Positions 1-10,914 are shown, counted from the first letter of the stretch. The stretch: 64,000 nucleotides of DNA from Lachnospiraceae bacterium Phil5 (GCA_002633185.1 NWBM01000002.1:209640-273639), one strand, 5' to 3'. A program made the numbers and translations. Notes: generated from the sequence alone by a model not told the origin.

Positions 1-122
1 CTGAGAATATAGAAGAACTAGTAGTTGAAAGTATTCAAGAGCCAGAAGTATCAACAGAAGCAGAACCAGAAACAGAACAACAACCTGAAACAGATTCAAC
101 AGAAAATACAGAAAATGAATAA
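1..122 (+). CDS. 3' end of a CDS entering from upstream (acidic E/T/P-rich tail), partial
   Basis: The frame is open from the window edge to TAA at 120-122, and a hairpin terminator follows. Forty residues are too few for a family call. Confidence 0.4.
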   Translation, partial: ENIEELVVESIQEPEVSTEAEPETEQQPETDSTENTENE

Positions 123-143
123 TTTAATGTAAAAATGTAAAAA

Positions 144-170
144 CCAGCATATTTTGTATGCTGGTTTTTT
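144..170. terminator. bidirectional intrinsic terminator
   Basis: A CCAGCATA-loop-TATGCTGG hairpin flanked by an A-run and a T-run, between convergent CDSs. Confidence 0.6.
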
Positions 171-453
171 AGTAAGGGAATCTCTCAAACAAATAGCGTA
201 TTAATTCATCGCTGTTATCAGTAGTAACTTTAATAAAAACGCCGCTATCGATACTAATCCACATACTTAGATTATAGTCATCAATGTTTTCAACATAAAC
301 ACTAATTATATCTACAATTTCAATAGGGTTAGGATATTCCTTTTGCCATTGTTTAGTATTTTTAGGAACAACAAAATCGTTTCCATAAAAATGAATTAAA
401 AATCTTTCAATCTCATTAGGAAAAACACTATATAATCTTACCAGTACTTGCAT
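169..453 (-). CDS. hypothetical protein (94 aa)
   Basis: ORF with a GAGGGA Shine-Dalgarno upstream of the ATG. No recognisable motif. Confidence 0.5.
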   Translation of the reverse strand: MQVLVRLYSVFPNEIERFLIHFYGNDFVVPKNTKQWQKEYPNPIEIVDIISVYVENIDDYNLSMWISIDSGVFIKVTTDNSDELIRYLFERFPY

Positions 454-557
454 ATAAATCCCTCTTTATAATAATTATTAATATTATTATTTTCAAATCA
501 ATTAATTCTATACATTAGAATAAAAGGTAATATTTAGGGTAATATAAAGTATATAAC

Positions 558-1484
558 ATGTTTAGAGGTGATATGGTGAAAAAAATATTAAATATATGTT
601 TAAGTGTTTTTACAATTATTTTTGTTTTACTATCATTTTGTGGATGTAAAAAAAATAAAAATAGTGAGAAAGAGCAATTGAAAGAAAAATTAAATTCAGA
701 ACTGTTTTATGTTGAAAATGAACTAGTTATTATAGCAAATTCAATTAATAATATTGATTATGCTAACTATAAAATTGCTACAGAGCATAAAGAAAATACA
801 TCGAATCAATCAAGCAAATCAGATAAAAATCAACAAAATTCAAAAGAAAAAGATGAAAAGGAAAAACAAGGCGATTCAAAGAACAGTGAATCATCTTCCC
901 AAAATGAAAATGGAGGAGATGTACAAAAAACATTTTCTATGGCTCCCAATGACATTTTAAATAGAAGTAAAGAAATTGATTGGATAAATTTGCAGAACAA
1001 AATTGAAACAATCTATACAGCTCTAACAGTAATTGGGGTAGATTTAAAAGAGGCGGGGGTGCCTGAAGAAGAAATAAACAACTTTATAGGAGAAATTGAT
1101 AAATTAACTATATCAATAAAAGATAAACAAAAAGAAGAAGTGATAACTAACATTGTTAATGTATACAAATATTTACCAGAATTTATAAAAAAATATGATG
1201 AATCCAGTGAGAAGCATAATATATTAGCGTTAAAATACAATTTGCTTATTTGTTATAATGATGTAAGCTTAAATAAATGGGATAATTATGAAAATGAGGT
1301 AACTAATATAAAATTAAGTTATTCAAATATTGAAAGCAGAAATGAAGAATTTAATGGCAAAGATATAAATTTGAAAAAAGTAAAATCAATTATTGAAGAA
1401 TTAAAAAAATGTAATGAAACAAGAAATCAAGATGTATTTTTCATAAAGTATAAGAACTTAATACAAGAAATTAATATACTATAG
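558..1484 (+). CDS. putative secreted protein or lipoprotein, K/E/N-rich
   Basis: N-terminal hydrophobic segment ending LLSFCGCKKN (signal/lipobox-like). The true start may be ATG 573 or GTG 576, after AGAGGTG. Confidence 0.6.
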   Translation: MFRGDMVKKILNICLSVFTIIFVLLSFCGCKKNKNSEKEQLKEKLNSELFYVENELVIIANSINNIDYANYKIATEHKENTSNQSSKSDKNQQNSKEKDEKEKQGDSKNSESSSQNENGGDVQKTFSMAPNDILNRSKEIDWINLQNKIETIYTALTVIGVDLKEAGVPEEEINNFIGEIDKLTISIKDKQKEEVITNIVNVYKYLPEFIKKYDESSEKHNILALKYNLLICYNDVSLNKWDNYENEVTNIKLSYSNIESRNEEFNGKDINLKKVKSIIEELKKCNETRNQDVFFIKYKNLIQEINIL

Positions 1485-1492
1485 AGTTTTTA

Positions 1493-1525
1493 GGATGTTT
1501 TTTGGAGGTGCCCCAAAAAACATCC
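1493..1525. repeat. REP-like palindromic hairpin element (GATGTTTTTTGGAGGTGCCCCAAAAAACATC), likely bidirectional terminator
   Basis: Self-complementary GGATGTTTTTTGG / CCAAAAAACATCC arms. The same element family occurs at 2035-2131 and 40592-40676. Confidence 0.6.
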
Positions 1526-1529
1526 AACG

Positions 1530-1973
1530 TTAATTCTTCATTGCTTGAAGCATTCTTCTTTCAGCATCTTTTTTAGCTATATCTTCACGCTTGTCATATA
1601 ATTTTTTACCTTTTCCAACACCTAATTCAAGTTTAACTAAGTTATCTTGAAAATATAAGCAAACAGGAACAAGAGTATATCCCTTTGTTTGAATTCTGCC
1701 AATTAATTTATTTATTTCTTTTTTAGTTAACAGCAATTTTCTAGTACGTAAAGGATCTTTATTGAAAATATTGCCTTGTTCGTATGGACTAATATGCATA
1801 GAATAAATAAAAACTTCACCATTTTTTATTCCAGCATAAGATTCTTTTAAATTAACTTTACCTTGTCTTATAGATTTTATTTCTGTACCTGTAAGTACAA
1901 TTCCGGTTTCTACAGTTTCCTCTATACTATAATTATGATGTGCTACAGGGTTTTTTGCAATTATTTTTTTCAT
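1530..1973 (-). CDS. smpB: SsrA-binding protein SmpB
   Basis: 147 aa with the typical SmpB pattern [24 protein letters not shown] and a basic C-terminal tail. Confidence 0.95.
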   Translation of the reverse strand: MKKIIAKNPVAHHNYSIEETVETGIVLTGTEIKSIRQGKVNLKESYAGIKNGEVFIYSMHISPYEQGNIFNKDPLRTRKLLLTKKEINKLIGRIQTKGYTLVPVCLYFQDNLVKLELGVGKGKKLYDKREDIAKKDAERRMLQAMKN

Positions 1974-2034
1974 ATAACTACCATTCCTTAATTAATTTTA
2001 CCTAATTATAACACTAAAAATTAAAATTGCAAGA

Positions 2035-2131
2035 TTTTTTGGGACACCTCCAAAAAACATCTTCAATCGGAAAAGAAAAATAAACTTTTTCGCCACTTTA
2101 TTAAGATGTTTTTTGGAGGTGTCCCAAAAAA
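2035..2131. repeat. REP-like element, two inverted copies about 40 bp apart
   Basis: TTTTTTGGGACACCTCCAAAAAACATCTT at 2035-2063 and its reverse complement at 2103-2131. Confidence 0.6.
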
Positions 2132-2157
2132 TCTACCAAAAATCTATTTACACTTCA

Positions 2158-2562
2158 TTAATGATTGTTTTGACTAACGTAGTACCAAATAAGTGCAATT
2201 ATCACTATTGCAATAATTCCAACTATAACCCATGTCCAAATATTGTTAAAACCTGTTGTTGCTGATTCCATATTGTTTTCTGTTGCTGTTCTTGTTGCTG
2301 TATAATCTGAATTCATATCATTACCAGCGTTATTAACATCATTTGTCATTTGCTGTGTTGCATTACTTATGCCATTTATTCCGTTTTTTACAACTCCGGC
2401 AGCACCTGAAGCAGTGTCTTGAACAACATTTCCAGCGTTATTTACAGTATCTACCATATTATTTTTTACGTTATTCATATTATCTTCTGCGGCAAAAACA
2501 CAGGAAAATGAAAAAAATAAGGCTATTACAATAAGTGAAAATGTAAAAATACTCTTTTTCAT
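2158..2562 (-). CDS. N-rich secreted/membrane-anchored protein (signal peptide plus C-terminal TM)
   Basis: Strong SD AAAGGAGG. N-terminal signal-like segment and C-terminal hydrophobic helix. Confidence 0.55.
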   Translation of the reverse strand: MKKSIFTFSLIVIALFFSFSCVFAAEDNMNNVKNNMVDTVNNAGNVVQDTASGAAGVVKNGINGISNATQQMTNDVNNAGNDMNSDYTATRTATENNMESATTGFNNIWTWVIVGIIAIVIIALIWYYVSQNNH

Positions 2563-2718
2563 TTTAGTCCTCCTTTATTATTTATAAATTTGCATAATAC
2601 AAAATAGTATGTTTGTATTTAATAATAGTATTTATAAATAAATTGAAAAATATTCATAATAATTTTAATGAAAAAGTAAAAAATAAAAACGTCTGAAGAA
2701 TAGACGTTTTTTAAAAAT

Positions 2719-3087
2719 TTATTTTAATCTAATTAAAATAGCGATTCCTAATAATACTAAAATTACACATACAGCAATTAAAAAGATATTTATAATATCA
2801 GATGTATTTAAATCTTTTTCATTAACTGAAGGTATAGATGAAACTTGTGTTGATTGCTTAGTTTCTCCTGTTGATTCTATTGAAGTTGATTCATTTGCGG
2901 CTGTTTTATTTACAGCAGTATTATTAGTTGCATTTGAAGTACTTGTTAAACTAGTATTTGCTGCACTTGTTATATTTGAGACAGTATTTGCAATATTATT
3001 TGTTTCATTAACTGCAAATACACTAAAGTTCAAACAGAATAAAGCAGTTATAATAAATATTATTGATAATTTTACTATTTTTTTCAT
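2719..3087 (-). CDS. N/T/S-rich secreted/membrane-anchored protein with the same architecture as 2158-2562
   Basis: SD GGGGG, signal-like N-terminus, low-complexity middle region, C-terminal TM helix. Confidence 0.55.
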   Translation of the reverse strand: MKKIVKLSIIFIITALFCLNFSVFAVNETNNIANTVSNITSAANTSLTSTSNATNNTAVNKTAANESTSIESTGETKQSTQVSSIPSVNEKDLNTSDIINIFLIAVCVILVLLGIAILIRLK

Positions 3088-3285
3088 AAAAAATAACCCC
3101 CTAAAAATAAAATTAGTTTTATCTTTTTGTATAGGTATATAATATCAAAAAAAAATATATAAGTCCAGTGTTTTTTAAGAAATATTTTTTAGTAACAAAA
3201 TTCTATAGATAAATCAAAGAAAACCTTGATTTTATTTACATAATCTGATATAATGTAATGCATATGTTAGGAGGATGTTGAATTT

Positions 3286-4236
3286 ATGAGAGAAGTATCA
3301 AGAAGAAATAAAATTAATAAAAAACCAATAATATCAGATGAAGAAATAATAGAATTAAGAGAAGAAGGCTGGTCATATTCACTTATGGCAAAACATTTTG
3401 AAGAAACAGGTAGAAAAATTACAGCATCAGCATTACATCAAAGATGTACTAGAATATATGATATAATTGGCCAAAAAATACCAAGAACAACTAAAACTAA
3501 ATGTACAAGAGACGAGAGCAAGGTAAAAGATAGAAAAATTTTTGAATTAAAAGAAAAAGGATATTCATATGCTCAAATAAAAGACTATTATGAAAAAAGA
3601 GGAATAGAGATAAGTGTAAATCGATTAGTAAAAAGATGTCAAGCAATTTATGAAAAAAAAGAATTAGGAAAACCAAAGAAAGGTATTTCGAAAATTGCTA
3701 GGAAATATGATGAAGAAGAGATATTCAAATTAAGACAAAGAAAATGGTCATATGAAAAAATCGCAAGTTATATAGGTTCAAAGGAAGGTAGCTTATCCTA
3801 TATAACAATAAGGAAGCTATGTAAAAGAATATATAAAGAAAAAGGATTGGAAGAGCCTAAGCTATTTAGAGGGTTAAAAACAGGTGAGCAAACAGGCGTA
3901 AGTGATGAAGAAATAACACAACTTAAAATGCAAGGTTATACATATGGCCAAATGGTAAAACACTTTAAAAATATAGGAAAAAGTGTAAGTAGAAACAATA
4001 TTGCATATAGAAGTAGAGTAATGTTTGGTTCTTTGGAAAATGGAAAGCGTACTGCTATTGATATTAGAACAGTAGATGAATCATTAATGGAAAAAGCTTT
4101 GATTAATTTAAAACAAACTAAAGGAGCCACAGATAAACAATTGGAAATATTAGCTAATACATATGGAAAAGAATATATTTCACAAAAAGAAAAATTAAAT
4201 CCATATAAAATTAGTAAATATGATATTGAAAGATAA
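3286..4236 (+). CDS. protein of four tandem ~60-aa HTH-like modules plus a conserved C-terminal domain
   Basis: Internal repeats of the form [IV]SDEEI..L...G.SY..I......G..IS...L..RC..IY. The C-terminus LNLK..KGATD.QL....YG..Y...KE.LNPYK is shared with the next gene. Confidence 0.7.
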   Translation: MREVSRRNKINKKPIISDEEIIELREEGWSYSLMAKHFEETGRKITASALHQRCTRIYDIIGQKIPRTTKTKCTRDESKVKDRKIFELKEKGYSYAQIKDYYEKRGIEISVNRLVKRCQAIYEKKELGKPKKGISKIARKYDEEEIFKLRQRKWSYEKIASYIGSKEGSLSYITIRKLCKRIYKEKGLEEPKLFRGLKTGEQTGVSDEEITQLKMQGYTYGQMVKHFKNIGKSVSRNNIAYRSRVMFGSLENGKRTAIDIRTVDESLMEKALINLKQTKGATDKQLEILANTYGKEYISQKEKLNPYKISKYDIER

Positions 4237-4260
4237 GATGTAAAATAAGGAGTGTTAAAA

Positions 4261-5697
4261 ATGGAAATTCCTGAAGAAATAAAAAGTAAAATAATAAATC
4301 TTACCTTAGGTACAAAACTTCCTACATCAAAAATATTAAAACTATTTGAGCAAGAAATAAAGATTGATTGTAAAGATTATTATGCTATTATAGAAGAATA
4401 TCAGCAAAAAACAGGAGTACAAATTGTTAAAGGAATGAATTGCAAAGAAGCACCTAAAAAGATATCAGATAAAGAAATAATAGACCTATGCGAGAGAAAA
4501 ATTCCTTTTAGAGAAATTTATATGGAATTACTAAAAAATGGCAAAGCAATTAATGAATGTGAACTTAGACAAAGAATAAATAAATTATATCCATCAAAAG
4601 ATGGCAAAAGAAGCAGATATGTTAAAAGGAAATCTCCTAAGTCAACAATAGCTTTTAGTGATAAAGAAATAAAAGATATGTACGAAAGTGGGATGAGTAT
4701 AGATAATATAATAGAGGCTTATAAGATGAGAGGAGTGACAATTTCTAAACGTACACTGAGACAAGGAATTAGAAGATGTTATATTAGAATGGGCGAAAAA
4801 ATGCCTACTAGAGCAGAGATACAAGATAGATTAATTACATATGAAGACTTAATTAGATTTAGAGATAAAGGTTTCTCATATAAAGAAATATCCAATTATT
4901 ATAAAGAACTTGGAATCAAAACTACATTTACATATATAGAAAAAAGATGTAAACAAGCATTTGAAAATGCTAAGAAAAGAGATCCTAATGCGAACTGGAA
5001 GAATAATATTGCTGACAAGCAAAGAATTTTTGAGTTAAGTTTGGCTGGTTATTCAGAGAGAAAAATTACACAAATGTTCAATGATGAAGGAATAAATATA
5101 TCAATGAATACAGTTGCAAAAATATGCAAGCAATGTTATAAAGAAAAAGGAATTAAAAATTCTCTCAAAAAAAGAAGAAGTAAGACAGTTATTAGTGACC
5201 AGGAAATCTTTGAACTATGTGAACAAGGATATACCTATAAACAGATGAAACAATATACTTCAAATAAAGGTGGAGTAATAAGCACAGCGACAATAACTAA
5301 AAGATGCAAAGAGATATATAAATCTAGGGGATTAGATGTTCCTAAAGAATCTAATATTGAAAAAAGTAAAATATTAAAAAGTAAAGTGTCAGATGGTGAA
5401 TTATTGAAATTAAGGAAAAAAATGACATATTCTCAAATTCAAAAATATTTTGCTCAAAAGGGAATTATTGCAAGTGCTGCGTATTTTGAAAATAGATTAT
5501 TAAAATTAGCAAAAAAAATTGATATAAGATGCATGGATGAAAATAAAATGAAAAATGCGCTATTAAATTTGAAGGCTTCAAAAGGTGCAACAGATGAGCA
5601 ATTAAAAACAATAGGCCAATTATATGGTATAGATTATGCTCCTGTGAAAGAAAGATTAAATCCGTATAAGGTAGATAAAAGAATAGATGAAAGATAA
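4261..5697 (+). CDS. paralog of 3286-4236 with about 6-7 HTH-like modules
   Basis: Same module periodicity and the same C-terminal domain. ATG 4261 follows AAGGAG (the ORF-track start at 4252 is less likely). Confidence 0.7.
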   Translation: MEIPEEIKSKIINLTLGTKLPTSKILKLFEQEIKIDCKDYYAIIEEYQQKTGVQIVKGMNCKEAPKKISDKEIIDLCERKIPFREIYMELLKNGKAINECELRQRINKLYPSKDGKRSRYVKRKSPKSTIAFSDKEIKDMYESGMSIDNIIEAYKMRGVTISKRTLRQGIRRCYIRMGEKMPTRAEIQDRLITYEDLIRFRDKGFSYKEISNYYKELGIKTTFTYIEKRCKQAFENAKKRDPNANWKNNIADKQRIFELSLAGYSERKITQMFNDEGINISMNTVAKICKQCYKEKGIKNSLKKRRSKTVISDQEIFELCEQGYTYKQMKQYTSNKGGVISTATITKRCKEIYKSRGLDVPKESNIEKSKILKSKVSDGELLKLRKKMTYSQIQKYFAQKGIIASAAYFENRLLKLAKKIDIRCMDENKMKNALLNLKASKGATDEQLKTIGQLYGIDYAPVKERLNPYKVDKRIDER

Positions 5698-5705
5698 AAT
5701 ATTAT

Positions 5706-5737
5706 TAACAAGGTGGATTACGCACCTTGTTTTTTTA
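5706..5737 (+). terminator. intrinsic terminator
   Basis: AACAAGGTG-loop-CACCTTGTT hairpin followed by a T-run. Confidence 0.6.
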
Positions 5738-5782
5738 TGTAAAATATGATATAAATAATACAGTAAATTAGGGGGATAAAAA

Positions 5783-7738
5783 ATGTTTAAATTAGTATCT
5801 AACTACAAGCCAACAGGAGACCAACCACAAGCAATTGAATACCTATCGAACGGGATTAAAGAAGGCAAGAAATTCCAGACACTTCTAGGGGTTACAGGCT
5901 CTGGAAAAACCTTCACAATGGCAAATATAATTGAAAAAGTACAGAAGCCAACATTAGTACTTGCCCATAATAAGACTTTAGCTGGTCAGCTATACTCCGA
6001 ATTCAAAGAGTTCTTCCCAGAGAACAACGTAGAGTATTTTGTATCATACTACGACTACTACCAACCAGAAAGTTACATTCCACAATCAGACACATACATA
6101 GAAAAAGACGCATCAATAAATGACGAAATAGACAAACTACGCCACTCAGCAACAGCATCACTATTCGAAACAAGAGACGTAATAATAGTAGCATCAGTAT
6201 CGTGCATATATGGTTTAGGAGACCCAATAGACTACGAAAACTTAATAATATCACTTCGTCCAGGAATGAAAAAAGACAGAGACGAAGTTCTAAAAAAACT
6301 AATAAACATGCAATATACACGTAACGAATTAGACTTCAAAAGAGGAACATTCAGAGCAAAAGGAGACATAGTAGAAATATATCCATCAGACCAAAGTGAA
6401 AGCGCAATAAGAATAGAATTCTGGGATGATGAAGTAGAAAAAATTTCAGAAATAAACCCATTAACAGGGAAAACAATTGGAGTACGTAACCATGTTATGA
6501 TATTCCCAAACTCGCACTATGCAACAACAAAAGATAAGATGGAAAAAGCAATAACAACAATTGAAAAAGAGTTAGAAGAACGAATTCAATATTTCAAAAA
6601 TACAAATAAATTAATAGAAGCTCAACGTATAGAAGAAAGAACAAACTTCGATATAGAAATGATGCGCGAAACAGGCTTCTGCCAAGGGATAGAAAACTAT
6701 TCAAGACATATAAGTGGAAGACCAGCAGGTTCACCACCATACACATTATTCGACTACTTGCCAGATGATTTCTTGTTATTAATAGATGAATCACATGCTA
6801 CAATACCACAAGTAAGAGCAATGTATAATGGAGACAGAGCACGTAAAGAGTCGTTAGTAAACTATGGTTTCAGACTTCCATCAGCATTTGATAACAGACC
6901 ATTAAAATTCGAAGAATTTGAAGAAAGAATTAATCAAGTAATATTTGTAAGTGCAACACCTGCAGATTATGAAAAAGAACATTCAAAAGAAAATGTTGTT
7001 GAACAAATTATTCGTCCAACAGGATTACTAGATCCTAAAATAGAAGTTAAACCTGTAACAAATCAAATAGACGATTTAATCGCACAAATCAATTTAACGG
7101 TCGAAAAAAGGGAAAGGGTATTAGTTACCACCTTGACTAAAAAAATGGCTGAAGATTTAACCTCATACCTTTCAAGCCTAAATATTAAAGTGAAGTATAT
7201 GCACTCAGATATTAAGGCATTAGAAAGAATGGAAATTATTAGAGATTTACGTTTGGGCGAATTTGATGTTCTTGTTGGAATTAACTTATTAAGAGAAGGA
7301 CTAGACATTCCAGAAGTTTCTTTAGTAGCAATACTAGATGCAGATAAAGAGGGGTTCTTGCGTTCTGAAAGAAGCTTAATTCAAACAATAGGACGTGCCG
7401 CAAGAAATACAGAAGGACGTGTTATAATGTATGCTGATGAATTAACAGATAGCATGGAAAAAGCAATTTCAGAGACAAATAGAAGACGCAAAATTCAAAT
7501 GGCATATAATGAGGAACACGGAATTACTCCTCAAACTATTAAGAAATCTATTAGAGATACAATTAAGGCTAGTATAGTAGAAGAAGTTCAAGAAGAATAT
7601 AAATTAGATGAAAATACAACAATTGAAGAATTAGTAGCAAAATTAACAGATGAAATGCTACAACATGCAGCTGCAATGGAATTTGAAAAAGCTGCAGAAT
7701 TAAGAGATAAAATTAAAGAACTTACAAATGATTTATAA
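5783..7738 (+). CDS. uvrB: excinuclease ABC subunit B
   Basis: 651 aa with Walker [10 protein letters not shown], helicase motifs and a C-terminal UVR motif [15 protein letters not shown]. Confidence 0.97.
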   Translation: MFKLVSNYKPTGDQPQAIEYLSNGIKEGKKFQTLLGVTGSGKTFTMANIIEKVQKPTLVLAHNKTLAGQLYSEFKEFFPENNVEYFVSYYDYYQPESYIPQSDTYIEKDASINDEIDKLRHSATASLFETRDVIIVASVSCIYGLGDPIDYENLIISLRPGMKKDRDEVLKKLINMQYTRNELDFKRGTFRAKGDIVEIYPSDQSESAIRIEFWDDEVEKISEINPLTGKTIGVRNHVMIFPNSHYATTKDKMEKAITTIEKELEERIQYFKNTNKLIEAQRIEERTNFDIEMMRETGFCQGIENYSRHISGRPAGSPPYTLFDYLPDDFLLLIDESHATIPQVRAMYNGDRARKESLVNYGFRLPSAFDNRPLKFEEFEERINQVIFVSATPADYEKEHSKENVVEQIIRPTGLLDPKIEVKPVTNQIDDLIAQINLTVEKRERVLVTTLTKKMAEDLTSYLSSLNIKVKYMHSDIKALERMEIIRDLRLGEFDVLVGINLLREGLDIPEVSLVAILDADKEGFLRSERSLIQTIGRAARNTEGRVIMYADELTDSMEKAISETNRRRKIQMAYNEEHGITPQTIKKSIRDTIKASIVEEVQEEYKLDENTTIEELVAKLTDEMLQHAAAMEFEKAAELRDKIKELTNDL

Positions 7739-7753
7739 TAAAGAGGTAAATAA

Positions 7754-10495
7754 ATGGATATAAGAGAAGTATTAGATGAAAGAGGAAATAGAATAAAAGT
7801 TTTATATAGCATTAACGATAGTGATTTAACAAATGGTACTTTTGAAATACCAGCTGATGTAGAAGCTATTGGAAATAGTGCTTTCAAATCATGTCAAAAA
7901 TTAACTGACATAATAATTCCATCTAATATTACTAGAATTGAAGATAAGGCTTTTTATGGATGCACATTTTTAAAAAGTATAATAATTCCAAATTCGGTAA
8001 AAGAAATTGGAAAATCTGCATTTGAGAAATGTAAAAGTCTTACGACAGTTAAGTTGCCAGAAGAATTAAAAGAAATTGATGATAGAACTTTTTCGGGATG
8101 TGTTTCACTTTCAAGCATACAAATAACAAGTGACTTAGAAAGAATTGGAGAAGAAGTATTTTACAATTGTACTTCAATAAAGAAAATAAGAATGCCAGAT
8201 TCAGTAAAAGAAATAGGAGAATCTGTATTTGAAAAATGTAAAAGTCTTATTTCAATTAAGCTGTCTAGCAATCTAGAAGAAATATCAGACTCCGCTTTTT
8301 CAGGATGTAAAAATTTGAGTTCAATTGAATTACCTAAAAATATTCGAACAATAGGCTATGATTGTTTTGAAGAATGTGAAAGTTTAAAGTCAATTACTAT
8401 ACCTGCAAATGTTTCTGAAATAAAGAATATGGCATTTATAGATTGCAAAAAAATGCGTGAAATAAATGTTGAATCCGGAAATACTAGTTACAAGTCTATT
8501 GATGGTGTTTTATATGATATTACAGGTGCAGAACTAATTTCATATCCATCAGGAAAAGTTGATCAAAAATTTGTTATTCCAGAAGGTGTAAAAAGAATAA
8601 AAGAAAGAGCTTTTGATGGTGCGACAAAATTAAGAAATATAGAAATTCCAGATGGTGTTACTGAAATTGGTGAAGGTGTATTTAGAAAGTGCGAAAATCT
8701 AAAACAAATTAGAATACCTGAAACAGTTAGAAGTTTGGGTGAAGAAGCGTTTTCTGAGTGTTTGAATTTGGAAGATGTAGAATTAGCTGGAAACATTTCA
8801 AGTATAGAGTGGAATACTTTTTTTAGATGTATAAAATTAAAAGAAATTAAAATTCCAGATAGTGTAATTAGCGTAGGAGAAAGTGCATTTGCTGGATGTA
8901 AAAACTTAAAAAGAATCACAGTACCATCAAATTTAACTCATATTGAATACAATGCATTTAATACAAATTCTTTTGTAGGTGGTAGAAGTGAGCCTTTATA
9001 TTATGATAAAGGACAATTGATTTTAGATAATCCTCAAGGCAAAAATGTAGTAGTATATCCTGCTAATTTCTTATCTTGTTTTGGTAGTATAAAAGAATTA
9101 GAAGAATTCTATAATAACAGTGATTTTAAAGCATTTTTAAGTAATTTCCAAAACCTAGATGAAATACGAAATAAAAAGAAGGAATCAGATTTTATTTGTT
9201 TCCTTAAGTTTGCGAAGGTATTAGGATGTTTTAGCAAAGAAAAAATTCGCGACAGTGCAGGTAATGAAACCCAAGTAACAGTTGGACAAAGAGCTTCATC
9301 AATTCTTGCTAGGCTTGTTAAAATAAGTCCTTTTGATTCAGATGTTTATTATAGATTATTTGGTGAACTATCATTTTATGCTAAAGCAAATCAGGGGTTT
9401 CTAGACTTTATTTCTGTAAAAGAACAATCTGGTTATGGTAATTTAAGAACGTTATTTATACTTGAAAAGAAGTATCCAGGAATCTTTGCAAAAGTAATGT
9501 CAAATTTTGATAAGGCAAGTTTATATAGAAATACAATAGGAGATAATGGGAAAACAGAAATAGTTCCATGGGATATAGCACTTTCAAGATTTTATGAAGG
9601 TGTAAAATATGTTGGAGTGGATAAAAAAGATGAAGATATTGCAGATATATACAGCGAAAAAGGATTAAAACAATCAACATTTGATAAAGCAGTAAGATTA
9701 AGAGAGGTTGCAAATCAAACTAAAATTCCAACTCATATTTTAGGAGAACCTTTAAAAGAAGATAAACCAGAAGCTACTATTCCTACTGGAGATAGTATAA
9801 AAGATAATATAAAAAGAATAAAAATGCAAACAGCATTAAGCCTTAAACATTCAAATGAATTACTAGAAGAGATGTTTGATAAAAAATTCTTTTATGAGTG
9901 GCTTGACAAACGTGATGCACATAATTCAATAATAGGATTATATTGCGATTGTTGTGCTACAATAGAAAGTAATGACTATGGTAGAGATATATCTAGGGCA
10001 ACTATTATATCTCCAAATGTGCAAAATTTAGTAGTAAGAAACTTAAAAGATGAAATAATTGCAAAATGTGCTGTGTATGTTAATTCAGAATTGGGCTATG
10101 CAGTTGTTAACAATTTTGAAATTAATAAAAGATATAGAAGGACTCAAACTAAGGAGCCACTTGGTGGAAGGTATACAGGTGATTACAAAAAATGGAAAGA
10201 TAAAACTCCAGCAGAAAGAAAAGAAGATGAAAACAGGGATTTAATTTTTAAAACATTTGTAAAAGGTATAAATGATTTTGTAAAAAGATATAATGAATTA
10301 CACCCTGATAAGCCTTTACATCAAGTAAATGTTGGTACTGGATATACAAAATTAAAAAAGCAAGTTGAACAATTAGAAAGAGCTAATAAAAAACTTTCAG
10401 TACCTGCAATTTATAGCTTTTTTGATGCAATGAGATATGATCAATATATAATTTATAAAGATAAAAAAGAGGAAAAGAAAGAAAAGGAAAGATAA
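7754..10495 (+). CDS. BspA-type leucine-rich-repeat protein with an unassigned ~500-aa C-terminal region
   Basis: About 15 repeats of I.IP..V..IG..AF..C..L over the first ~400 aa. No obvious signal peptide. Confidence 0.75.
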   Translation: MDIREVLDERGNRIKVLYSINDSDLTNGTFEIPADVEAIGNSAFKSCQKLTDIIIPSNITRIEDKAFYGCTFLKSIIIPNSVKEIGKSAFEKCKSLTTVKLPEELKEIDDRTFSGCVSLSSIQITSDLERIGEEVFYNCTSIKKIRMPDSVKEIGESVFEKCKSLISIKLSSNLEEISDSAFSGCKNLSSIELPKNIRTIGYDCFEECESLKSITIPANVSEIKNMAFIDCKKMREINVESGNTSYKSIDGVLYDITGAELISYPSGKVDQKFVIPEGVKRIKERAFDGATKLRNIEIPDGVTEIGEGVFRKCENLKQIRIPETVRSLGEEAFSECLNLEDVELAGNISSIEWNTFFRCIKLKEIKIPDSVISVGESAFAGCKNLKRITVPSNLTHIEYNAFNTNSFVGGRSEPLYYDKGQLILDNPQGKNVVVYPANFLSCFGSIKELEEFYNNSDFKAFLSNFQNLDEIRNKKKESDFICFLKFAKVLGCFSKEKIRDSAGNETQVTVGQRASSILARLVKISPFDSDVYYRLFGELSFYAKANQGFLDFISVKEQSGYGNLRTLFILEKKYPGIFAKVMSNFDKASLYRNTIGDNGKTEIVPWDIALSRFYEGVKYVGVDKKDEDIADIYSEKGLKQSTFDKAVRLREVANQTKIPTHILGEPLKEDKPEATIPTGDSIKDNIKRIKMQTALSLKHSNELLEEMFDKKFFYEWLDKRDAHNSIIGLYCDCCATIESNDYGRDISRATIISPNVQNLVVRNLKDEIIAKCAVYVNSELGYAVVNNFEINKRYRRTQTKEPLGGRYTGDYKKWKDKTPAERKEDENRDLIFKTFVKGINDFVKRYNELHPDKPLHQVNVGTGYTKLKKQVEQLERANKKLSVPAIYSFFDAMRYDQYIIYKDKKEEKKEKER

Positions 10496-10723
10496 ATGGT
10501 GGGGAAGATGGATTTATTAGAAGCACAATTATCAGAAATGTTAATGAGATTAAATTTGAAAGCAAAAGAATATCAGCTTCTTTGTAAAGAGTTTGAAAAA
10601 TTACAAGATGAAGATATAAAAGATAATGATTCAAAACTTGTACAATTAAAAGATAAGTTTGAGAATAATCAAAAAGAGATAGAGGAAATAAATAAAAAGA
10701 TAGAAGAATTAATAAGAAAATAA
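10496..10723 (+). CDS. small coiled-coil protein (start uncertain, 10496 or 10508)
   Basis: ATG overlaps the stop of the LRR gene. Heptad-like, E/K/L-rich sequence. Confidence 0.45.
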   Translation: MVGKMDLLEAQLSEMLMRLNLKAKEYQLLCKEFEKLQDEDIKDNDSKLVQLKDKFENNQKEIEEINKKIEELIRK

Positions 10724-10914
10724 GAGAAGATGCACTCAACAATTAAGTTGGGTGTATTTTTTTTGAAGCAATAAAGATGTACATAACAAGTTGACGCGTC
10801 GAAGATTATTTTAAATTTATGTAAAGAAAACACTTGTTTTACTTTTATCACTATGGTATAATAACAGAGTATTAAACAAATAATAAAAATAATTCCATAG
10901 AAAGGATGTTATAC

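Noticed and set aside
10828-10839. Possible LexA box AAACACTTGTTT overlapping the uvrA -35.
   Set aside because: It mismatches the GAAC-N4-GTTC core in both half-sites. I note it but do not call it as a feature.
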